Shown in pieces: positions 24,485 through 33,390 of a DNA stretch of 64,000 nucleotides (position 1 is the stretch's first letter; each line of letters opens with the position of its first letter). The stretch lies in NCBI GenBank assembly GCA_965645245.1, contig OZ287082.1:496001-560000 (forward strand), given 5' to 3'. The DNA is from Massalongia carnosa. Its lineage: Eukaryota. The notes beneath the pieces are model-generated. The model had not been told where the DNA came from. It ran no database searches and saw nothing but the letters and a program-made list of their open reading frames with translations. The translations under genes were made by a program, and so were the position numbers.

Positions 24485-25420
24485 ATGTCTCTTCCTGACA
24501 TCAACAGTTCTACAGAGAAGCCTCACCTTCTAGAGAACTCGGAACGCTACTCAGCATGGGCTAGTTACACCAGAGGTATTCTGCTGAAGAATAACTGTGA
24601 CACAGCCATTCTGGAAATCCAACCAGAGATCTCATTGGACTCCATCAGAGAGAGCCTCATCGTATCAGGGTTTACTCCGGCCAGTCTTACTACCAGCATC
24701 CTCGTCAAAGAACTTCGGGATGATAAGAACAGACAGAAAACCGAGATGACCAAGGCTATTGGAATCATCCATGGACTGGTTGCACCATGTCACTATAACC
24801 TCATCAATAACAAGACCGCTGCCGAGATGTGGGCCATTCTGAAGAATAGATTCCAGGACGTGGCACCAATGAGCATCACGGATGTCATCTTGAGGGTTAG
24901 TACGAAAAAGATGAGAGACTTCGACACAGTCAGTCAATACTGTTCAGAGTATGACGGTGCCTTCAATCAGATCAAGGGCATGTTGATCGAAGAGGTCAAG
25001 GTGAACGTCGACTCCATAGAGTTTGTACTTCAGGGAATGCTGCTTGGTAACTGCACAGACAAGTATGACCCGCTCATTGCACAACTCCGCAGGGACTGGA
25101 CGCACGACACCACAAACCTTTCGGAAACAACAAAAATCCTCATAGCCTATGCACGAAACCTAACTGTCAAGGCTTTTCACACTGGCGCTTCCAACAGAGG
25201 TAGAGCACCTATCGGAAGTTGCACCGTTCCAGAGTGTGTAAATAGGAACAGAACACGACATTGGCCAGATGAGTGTTTCCAGAAATTCCCCCATCTAAAA
25301 CGGGCGAGAGGAGACACGGCTGAATCAGGGAGGGTCAAGAGACAAAAGAACTCCAAGCCAGAAGTCACCACGTCAACTCCAGGCACCACAGTCACTACAA
25401 CTCCCACAGTGAGCAGTTGA
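24485..25420 (+). CDS. gag: Copia A Gag
   Basis: TAAEMWAILKNRF motif, C-x4-C-x7-H-x4-C knuckle; ends in TGA in frame with pol. Confidence 0.9.
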   Translation: MSLPDINSSTEKPHLLENSERYSAWASYTRGILLKNNCDTAILEIQPEISLDSIRESLIVSGFTPASLTTSILVKELRDDKNRQKTEMTKAIGIIHGLVAPCHYNLINNKTAAEMWAILKNRFQDVAPMSITDVILRVSTKKMRDFDTVSQYCSEYDGAFNQIKGMLIEEVKVNVDSIEFVLQGMLLGNCTDKYDPLIAQLRRDWTHDTTNLSETTKILIAYARNLTVKAFHTGASNRGRAPIGSCTVPECVNRNRTRHWPDECFQKFPHLKRARGDTAESGRVKRQKNSKPEVTTSTPGTTVTTTPTVSS

Positions 25421-28400
25421 CTCACAGTGGTCATGACTACCACTCTACAGAAGGTCATGACCATCAACCATCTCAACAGAGACACCTGGCTACTAGACAG
25501 CGCAGCGGACATGCACGTATGCAATCACAGGCCGTCGTTCATCAACTACATAACACGCTCCACAGGTCTGGCAGGATCTACATCAGATGGCACGTCTCCA
25601 GGGAGGGGAATGATCCGGAAAACGTTGGCACTACAGGACGACTCACCCTCGTCAGTGTTAATACTGAACAACGTTCTTTTCATTCCACAGTGTCCAGTGA
25701 ACCTCGTCAGTCTGGCACTACTCAACCAAAACAACATCTACTATGACAATGTTAACTGGACCCTATTCAACGGGATTAGTCAGAACATCATAGGCTATGT
25801 GCCAAGAGTCAATACAAACTTTGTACTAAAGACCTTGGACGCCCCAGACGTGGCTACACATCTTATGCAGACAGATGAGAGCACCTTTCAGTGGCCGAAC
25901 ACATCAGTCTACCACACGTCAGCCATAACAGACCTGTCAACATGGCATGCGCGTCTTGGTCATTTAAACCTGATCACCTGCCGAGCTTTTCTGAAAAGAC
26001 TCGATGTGTCGTACTCAGACAACGTGAACAAAGATTGGTACTGTTCATCCTGTGAACTCGGAAAGGCTACTAAGATATACAACCGGACACCTCAGGAGAG
26101 AGCAACAGGCATCTTTCAAAAGGTTCATTCCGATCTAGTAGGACCCATCAAACCAGCAGGATTTCTTGAAGAACAGTACTTCTTTACCTTCACCTGCGAT
26201 GCCAGCAGATACACTCATGTGTATACAGGCATCAAGAAGAGCGAATGGTTTGATCATCTGTTGACATACTACAGTCTAGCTCAGAACAAGACAGGAAAAA
26301 GCAAGCCAATAAACATCTTTCGAACTGATTTCGGCAGAGAACTTCGAAGTCTGAAATCGGATGATTGGTTCCTGAAAGAAGGGATAACGTTTGAACCCTC
26401 CGCACCGTATTCACAGGAACAAAACGGTGTGTCTGAACGAACAGGCAGAACTATCATGGACATGACTAGATGTACCATCATTGCAGGAGGCATTCCGGAC
26501 TACCTATGGACAGAGGTGGTTTTAGCTATGGTTCACACAAAAAACGTCAGACCTACAAATGCTTTATCCGGAAAGACCCCATTTGAAATTTACGAGTCAA
26601 AGTCACCTCCTCTGAATCATCTGCGAGTGTTGGGATCAACCGTGTATGTCCTCATTCATGAGGAAGAACGCAAAGGCGCCAACAGCAAATCGGCCAAATT
26701 TCTACCTCGGGCCCAACGCGGAGTCTTGTGTGGGTACGATGGATGCACAATCTATCGAGTCTTTCTGGAAAAGGACTACAGGGTCATCAGGGTCAAAGAT
26801 CTGCGCATTCACGAAGACGCCATCTCCAAAGACCAGACCAACGTTCCTACATACGAGGCCATCATGACTCCCGATACAGTCACTCCATCAAAATCAACAG
26901 TCATTTCATCCCCCACAACGATTCCAAAACGTGGACGTGGCAGACCCAGGAAGCATGCTCAGATAGAACACGCATTGTCTCTTCTATCAGACACAGCTTT
27001 AGATGAACCCAATCATACTCCTACATACGATGACATAGACACAGAGGATCCACTCGTTCTTCTTGCCAGAACCTTGGAAAAGGAAGGATCATCAGGATTG
27101 GAAGACTATGACGCACTGTCTCAACTCGACATAGCTGAACCTCAGACATACCATCAAGCTATGAAAGGTCCACATTCAGAAAGCTGGAGTCGTTCCATGG
27201 ACAATGAACACAACAGTCTTCTCGAGAACGAAACATGGACTCCTGTCAGAACCGAGGATATGGAGCCCAATCATACTGCTCTCAGTGGAAAATGGGTATA
27301 CAAACTGAAACAAGACGTCAATGGAAATATCACACGGTACAAATCCAGATGGGTGGTGAAAGGCTATCTCCAGCAGTACGGAGTAGATTTCGAACAGACC
27401 TATGCCTCCGTAGTGAAACCAATGGCCTTCCGATTATTGTTTGCCATAGCAGCTCATCATGACTTGGACATCGAACAGCTTGATGTCGTCACAGCATTCT
27501 TGTATGGGGTAATAGATCAATTGATTTACGTCCAAATGCCCAAAGGATATGAAAAAGCGGGCATGATCTGCAAACTGAACAAGGCTCTCTATGGCCTGAA
27601 ACAATCTCCACGCCTATGGTATGAAAGGCTATCCGAATTTCTACTTACCAAGCTGGGTCTGTCCAAACTTCACGCAGATCATAGTATCTTCTCCTCTTCG
27701 GCAGGAATAAGAGGTCCAATTGTTACCTCCTTCGTTGATGATCTGAACATCATAGGTCCAAAGGGATCTCCTATGATATCTGAAGTCAAGAAACAACTGA
27801 ACATTGCGTTCAAGATGGTGGACATGGGCCCAATCAGTCATTATCTAGGCCTAAAGGTAGAACGAAATCGCGATAACAGAACAATCAAACTATCTCAATC
27901 TACCTACATCGAAAAGGTCCTGGAGAAGTTTCATATGCAGAACGCGAAAACTACCACCACCCCAATGAAAGAAGGCAGTCTATTCAGAAATAAATCCCAG
28001 GCCTCAGAATCAGACATTAAACAGTATCAAGCAATCGTCGGCTCCATCATGTTTGCTATGATAGAAACAAGGCCTGACATTGCCTACGCGACCTCAGTGG
28101 TCAGCCGACATGCCAAAAATCCTGGCAAATCACACATGGAGGCAGCCAAGCAGATTCTCAGATATCTCAGTGCAACCAGAGACAGAGGCATTACCTTTGG
28201 TGGCGGAGATTTGTCTATACAGGGCTATTCCGATTCTGATTGGGCCGGTGACAAGGAAGACCGCAAGTCCACCTCCGGATACGTCTTCATGCTGAACAAT
28301 GGACCAATCAGTTGGGCCTCAAAAAGACAGAAAACCGTTGCCCTCTCATCCACAGAAGCCGAATATATGGCACTCACCTTAGCTGCTAAGGAGACCATAT

Positions 28401-28723
28401 GGATACGCTTATTGATGACAGAACTCGGCCTGATGCAGGATGATGCTACTCCGACAGTGAATGTACTTGAAAGGGAAGGCGCTATAGCATTGAAAGGTGA
28501 TAATCAGAGTGCTATAGCACTGGCCAATAATCCCGTCTTACATTCAAGGACTAAGCACATCGACATTCAGCATCACTTCATACGGAATGAGGTCACAGAG
28601 GGTCGAATAGACCTTACCTATGTTTCAACAGAACACATGGTAGCGGACGGACTGACCAAACCGCTTACCCACGTCAAATTCTTCTCCTTCATCAGACAAC
28701 TTCACATGAATTCATCTAGTTGA
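25421..28723 (+). CDS. pol: Copia A Pol (PR, IN, RT, RH), in frame with gag after a single TGA
   Basis: WLLDSAADMH, WHARLGH, QNGVSER, YGLKQSPR, FVDD, YSDSDWAG, TKHIDI; no internal stops. Confidence 0.95.
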   Translation, partial: LTVVMTTTLQKVMTINHLNRDTWLLDSAADMHVCNHRPSFINYITRSTGLAGSTSDGTSPGRGMIRKTLALQDDSPSSVLILNNVLFIPQCPVNLVSLALLNQNNIYYDNVNWTLFNGISQNIIGYVPRVNTNFVLKTLDAPDVATHLMQTDESTFQWPNTSVYHTSAITDLSTWHARLGHLNLITCRAFLKRLDVSYSDNVNKDWYCSSCELGKATKIYNRTPQERATGIFQKVHSDLVGPIKPAGFLEEQYFFTFTCDASRYTHVYTGIKKSEWFDHLLTYYSLAQNKTGKSKPINIFRTDFGRELRSLKSDDWFLKEGITFEPSAPYSQEQNGVSERTGRTIMDMTRCTIIAGGIPDYLWTEVVLAMVHTKNVRPTNALSGKTPFEIYESKSPPLNHLRVLGSTVYVLIHEEERKGANSKSAKFLPRAQRGVLCGYDGCTIYRVFLEKDYRVIRVKDLRIHEDAISKDQTNVPTYEAIMTPDTVTPSKSTVISSPTTIPKRGRGRPRKHAQIEHALSLLSDTALDEPNHTPTYDDIDTEDPLVLLARTLEKEGSSGLEDYDALSQLDIAEPQTYHQAMKGPHSESWSRSMDNEHNSLLENETWTPVRTEDMEPNHTALSGKWVYKLKQDVNGNITRYKSRWVVKGYLQQYGVDFEQTYASVVKPMAFRLLFAIAAHHDLDIEQLDVVTAFLYGVIDQLIYVQMPKGYEKAGMICKLNKALYGLKQSPRLWYERLSEFLLTKLGLSKLHADHSIFSSSAGIRGPIVTSFVDDLNIIGPKGSPMISEVKKQLNIAFKMVDMGPISHYLGLKVERNRDNRTIKLSQSTYIEKVLEKFHMQNAKTTTTPMKEGSLFRNKSQASESDIKQYQAIVGSIMFAMIETRPDIAYATSVVSRHAKNPGKSHMEAAKQILRYLSATRDRGITFGGGDLSIQGYSDSDWAGDKEDRKSTSGYVFMLNNGPISWASKRQKTVALSSTEAEYMALTLAAKETIWIRLLMTELGLMQDDATPTVNVLEREGAIALKGDNQSAIALANNPVLHSRTKHIDIQHHFIRNEVTEGRIDLTYVSTEHMVADGLTKPLTHVKFFSFIRQLHMNSSS

Positions 28724-29026
28724 GTTCACACCGCGCAGCGCGGTTTTGATCATCAGAACAAGTACTGGCAGAACTTGAGGGAGGGTGTTGAATGTTCAAC
28801 TTCTACCAGCATTGCCTAGCCGATAGATTAGATAATATCAGATCTAATCTAAGCGCATAGAGGCTCGGATAAACTATTATCATCTCGCTTAGCAGAGGTG
28901 ACCAAGATAAAAGGAACAGATTGCTCTGCACTCCGTAGCAACTCTGCATCCTTAACATCATGGTCATACAGGCCCCTATCTTTACATAGTCATATAGCCA
29001 TAGTCATAGACCTATTCAACAAAAGT

Positions 29027-29260
29027 CAACCAGGTTTGTTGTTTTGCTTTTCGAATTGCATGAAAATACTCGATTCGACTATGTTTAAACGTCGGATGAC
29101 TAAAATCGGACGGATAATTCTTCCATTCTCGACTATGTCTGCACATGGTTTTTCGTAGTTCGGTTAAATCTTGCGACAACCAATTTTTCGATTTTGCACA
29201 TATTTTTGTTTTCGGAATAAACATTTCAGCCGCATTTTTCAAAATCTTTTGCAAATATAT
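29027..29260 (-). pseudogene. LINE ORF2 segment between APE and RT
   Basis: YLQKILKNAAEMFIPK...KNWLS...IRKAKQQTW joins both neighbouring LINE pieces. Confidence 0.8.
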
Positions 29261-29545
29261 TAGGGGTTTTCACGGTTGAGTTTTTTTGGCCAGGTTTTCA
29301 GGTTTTCAAGGTTTCAGGTTTTTTATGTAAGCACATTAAACCTATTTGGGTATAAATTCTCAGCCCTACTTTTCGAAAATTAAAACCTGAAAACCTGAAA
29401 TTCCGGACTCATGAGACCGGAATTTCAGGTTTTCAGGTTTTAATTTTCGAAAAGTAGGGCTGAGTCACGTTATTTAGATTATCTTAGCTGGTTTATTTTA
29501 ACTCAATTATTATCATCTCATCTTAATCATTCCTAATCATTAAAC

Positions 29546-30590
29546 ATGACGTCCATCACTCTTCCAACTCGATCTCGAGGTCCCAATATCCGTTGGAAAG
29601 ATGAAGACACTCAACTAGTCATTCAATGGCTTTGTATCAGAGACGATCAGGGTATTTCCGTCAATCTCAATCTCTATCAAAAAGGAAACAAGGTAGAAGC
29701 TTGTAGAAGAATGCTGTTGGAGTCTGGACTGAGTGCTCAACGACCCGATGTATCCAAGGAAAAAGCCAGAGATAAAGTCGCCCAAATGATTAAATCTTTC
29801 AAAGAAACCAGGGCCCTCGCGGATCAGACGGGATGGGGGGTAGATCCAACAAAACATGAGGTAGTGGCGGAAAACACGCGGGGAATAACCATCAAGGAGG
29901 TCTTGATTAAGAAATGCCCTTTCTACTACGAGTTGGAAGAGATTATGGGAGATTTTCCCACTATCACTCCACCCTATATAATGGAGTCCGAAAGACCTGG
30001 TACCGCTGAAGGAAAAGAAGATGCGCAAGATACGGAAGTTGAAAACATCGATGAGGAGGACTATGAAAAACGGGCTCGAGACGGTGATAGCGACATGAAT
30101 AGGCAGTTATCTGATGCTGGTCATTGGCTAGAAAGATGATATCTCAAAATCAAAGACTGATTTGGTTAAACGTGCCAAAGAAAAGTATGCACTCAGGAAT
30201 AAAAAAGTCACACCTGACTCTGGTACTGAACAAATTACACCTACACCTGGTCGTGGCCATCGTAAACGACCTTTGGAGATAGATTCGGACAGTGATGACA
30301 CGCGATCAAAAGTCATTACCAAACGAGGATTCAGACGGGAAAAAGTCCGATCCGTGGCAGACGCCTTGGTTGAGGTGCAGATCATGAAGTCCAATGACTT
30401 CAGTAAACACTTTGAATTCGAACAAAGTCAACTTCAAAAGCGGTTTGATGCTGAAACCAGTCAAAGAGATCAACATCATAAAGAGATTTGTCTCAAACAG
30501 GAAGAAATGATTGCCATAAGTAGAATGCAACACGAGGAAAAGATGATGAGGCTACAAATTGAGTTGGAGAAGACTCAAAAGAAGTGGTAA
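29546..30590 (+). CDS. Harbinger accessory Myb/SANT-like DNA-binding protein (frame change near 30130; intron or frameshift unresolved)
   Basis: W..EDT.LVIQWL...DQTGWG...CPFYYELEEIMG, acidic linker, C-terminal coiled coil; lies inside the TIRs. Confidence 0.7.
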
Positions 30591-30673
30591 GTTGATTTAA
30601 ACTTCGATTTTGAACTAGCTAACCTTTTTTTAAAGATGCCTACTTCTTAATCAGGAAGGAAGATAAAGAATGA

Positions 30674-30959
30674 TAAGAAAGGGGAGAGGTGAATAGAAAA
30701 GGATGACGGAGGGGGTAAATAAGAAAGGGGAGAGGTGAATAGAAAAGGATGACGGAGGGGGTAAATAAGAAAGGGGAGAGGTGAATAGAAAAGGATGACG
30801 GAGGGGGTAAATAAGAAAGGGGAGAGGTGAATAGAAAAGGATGACGGAGGGGGTAAATAAGAAAGGGGAGAGGTGAATAGAAAAGGATGACGGAGGGGGT
30901 AAATAAGAAAGGGGAGAGGTGAATAGAAAAGGATGACGGAGGGGGTAAATAAGAAAGGG
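30674..30959. repeat. 46-bp purine-rich minisatellite, 6 perfect units + partial
   Basis: taagaaaggggagaggtgaatagaaaaggatgacggagggggtaaa at 46-bp period. Confidence 0.95.
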
Positions 30960-31163
30960 TAGGATAATAAGAAGGGAATTACTATCAACACCCCCCTTTT
31001 AATACCAGTACCACCCTCTTTATACCAGTAAACCCCCCTCTTGATACCAGTATTCCTCTCTTGATATCAGAACCCCCATTTTCTCAAACAAGCTACATGC
31101 CCCCTTTCAAAGGAGTTAGCGGTGCCAGGGCCCAACCTGAGAAATGAAGCTAATGAGGTAAGT

Positions 31164-31604
31164 TGTCATGAAATAAAGTTTGAGTTAAAACCTAATTGAT
31201 TACCCCGAACCGCCAAGCGGCGATCGAGGTAAAAGCCACCTGAAAGCCTATTCAGATTCATCCTCGGTATGAGTCTGAATAAACCCCTTACTCCACTCCA
31301 CCAATCTCCTCACTCCACTATACCCTCTTATCGCTAGAACGATCACATCCACTGGCCCACTTATCGCTCTACCTTATCGCCGCCACCATCACCAAAATCT
31401 CTCATCTAGGGTGAAGGTAAAACATGAGAAAGAAGGGGCCGGCTCAGGTATAAAAAGAGGACATATCCAGTAGATAGTTGACTCCTCGTCCGACGTCTTG
31501 TATAGCAAACCACCTCCTAGCTATAGCCTCATTAATGAAGACATCTTGATCATCCAATCCAATTCCTAGGAACATTAGTTCAATTCCCAACCCAGTCCTT
31601 GACA
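31164..31604 (+). mobile_element. Solo LTR (441 bp) inside the Harbinger, TAAGT TSD
   Basis: tgtca...tgaca; taagt at 31159-31163 and 31605-31609; TATA-like tataaaa at ~31449. Confidence 0.9.
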
Positions 31605-31975
31605 TAAGTTCAATGAACCTCAGGTAAGTTCAAGGACAGGACAGAATCAGGATTCAACTTTAAAATGGGCAACTACGGATAGGACCGAGACTCCTAAAGC
31701 TAATAGGGCTAGAACTCGGTCACGGGGAAAGGGGATAAATAGCCTCCCACCCACGAAGCTTCGAAACTTCGTCTAGAAATTTTGTAGGAAAACCTAGTCA
31801 ATAGAAATTCTCAGAACCAGCCCCAACAGGAGAGGAGGGGGCGGTAATAAGAAGGGGGGGGAGCGACCAATTAAGACTAGGAAATCAGACGACATCAAAT
31901 CAAATGAATGCTAGTCTTTCAAATGGAAGAAATGAAATGACAACTAGGGTTGTATGAGACCAATCACTAGTCATC

Positions 31976-33184
31976 TTAACTGCCGATGACCAATCGTTTA
32001 ACCTGATCTCTTGTGATCAGACCTTCAGTCATTTGACTTCTGATTAGCTGTTTCAATTCTTCGTCATGTGCCTCTTCTTCTTCTGTCCACCATCCTTCTT
32101 CTTCATTCCATTCATCTCGAATGTCTTGAAGAAGGTTATGAAGCACCACACATGCAGTTATCCATTTGATGACGTAGGTATAGCTTTTCTTGTTCCTGAC
32201 TCGAATTCTCAGCCCGGTCAGACTTTTCCATCTTCTTTTCAGAATTCCAAATGCATGTTCTATGTCTATACGAATTCGCGACAGTCTTTTGTTGAATCGA
32301 CGAATATCCGGATCTCTAGTATGCGGTGCCTTGTATGGAGTCACCAGATACGTGGAATTCGTATAGGCACTGTCACCCAATAGATATTGACCGGGAGAGA
32401 AATAAAAGGCGGGATTCCGGCACAAATCACCTGCGGCGAATATACGCTGATCATGCTGAGAGTTTGGCCATCCACTGAGAAAGTAAATAAACCTTTTATT
32501 CGAGTCACATACGGCACACAAATCCATCGCGTATCTCTTTTTTCTGTTGAAGAATAGCTCGCCTTCGTATTTACCACCTGGTTTTGTATGTAGAACAACG
32601 TCGGTACCATCCACCTTGCCAACGACCCCGATAAATCCATCTTGTCTCTGATTATTGGTCAAATTTTCTCTTATCCTAGCTCTTTCACTGGGCCATTGAA
32701 CGAAGTCATTCTTTAGCCGACACAGTGCTTCTATCACCCGTTTGGTGCAGTTAAAAACATGCCCTTCTGATATCCCCCACATGGTAGCTGTAGGAAGGAA
32801 TCCACTGGCACTACCGTCATGTCCCATTCTAAAAAGAGCGTATTTTAGCTGATGTTCCACGGAGGCTTGAGGGACACGAGATTTATTGAAAAAGACGGGA
32901 TCATTTCGAATTAAGCCGAGAACATGATCAAAGGAAAAGCGATTCATGCGTAGCAGACTTCGGAATCGATCATCCGAAAGGTTGGGAAGGACAGCTGACG
33001 CCCAATTGGATTTGGGAACGAATAATCGGGGAGTTAAATAACGCTGTTCTTGAATTCCTTCTGCTAGAAGTAGGAAATTCAATGCTTCATCCGATTCATC
33101 CGATGATGATGCAGTAGCATCATGTAGAAAGTAAAGACAACGCAAATCTCTTTCCAGCTGCACTTTAAAGCTGACACGAGGCAT
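31976..33184 (-). CDS. PIF/Harbinger DDE transposase (HARBI1-like), intact
   Basis: VGKVDGT, NRKKRY, GWPNSQHD, LLGDSAY, RIDIEHAFGILKRRW, ACVVLHN. Confidence 0.93.
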   Translation of the reverse strand: MPRVSFKVQLERDLRCLYFLHDATASSSDESDEALNFLLLAEGIQEQRYLTPRLFVPKSNWASAVLPNLSDDRFRSLLRMNRFSFDHVLGLIRNDPVFFNKSRVPQASVEHQLKYALFRMGHDGSASGFLPTATMWGISEGHVFNCTKRVIEALCRLKNDFVQWPSERARIRENLTNNQRQDGFIGVVGKVDGTDVVLHTKPGGKYEGELFFNRKKRYAMDLCAVCDSNKRFIYFLSGWPNSQHDQRIFAAGDLCRNPAFYFSPGQYLLGDSAYTNSTYLVTPYKAPHTRDPDIRRFNKRLSRIRIDIEHAFGILKRRWKSLTGLRIRVRNKKSYTYVIKWITACVVLHNLLQDIRDEWNEEEGWWTEEEEAHDEELKQLIRSQMTEGLITRDQVKRLVIGS

Positions 33185-33390
33185 AACTATTTTAAATGAC
33201 AAGAATGTCCCCTCGATCGAAGATGAGAAGTTAGAAAATAGGTTGGTAACATCTGATTGAATGACTAAGCATTAGAATTAAAAATTTCTAATAATTTCGG
33301 GGCACTCATGCCTAAACGCCAAACCCTGATAACCTGAAAAATAAAACCCTGAAAACCTGAAATTTGAAAATCAACCGTGAAAACCCCTAT

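Larger units (their letters stand above)
22662..29021 (+). mobile_element. Ty1/Copia element A, full length, apparently intact
   Basis: Identical 236-bp LTRs (22662-22897, 28786-29021), AAAGT TSD, PBS ggttatgagccc, PPT gagggaggg. Confidence 0.97.
29262..33388. mobile_element. PIF/Harbinger DNA transposon
   Basis: 18-bp perfect TIR aggggttttcacggttga, 3-bp ATT TSD, subterminal ttttcagg repeats, two convergent genes. Confidence 0.92.

Noticed and set aside
30647..30991. Hydrophobic 114-aa ORF
   Set aside because: Translation of the 46-bp minisatellite
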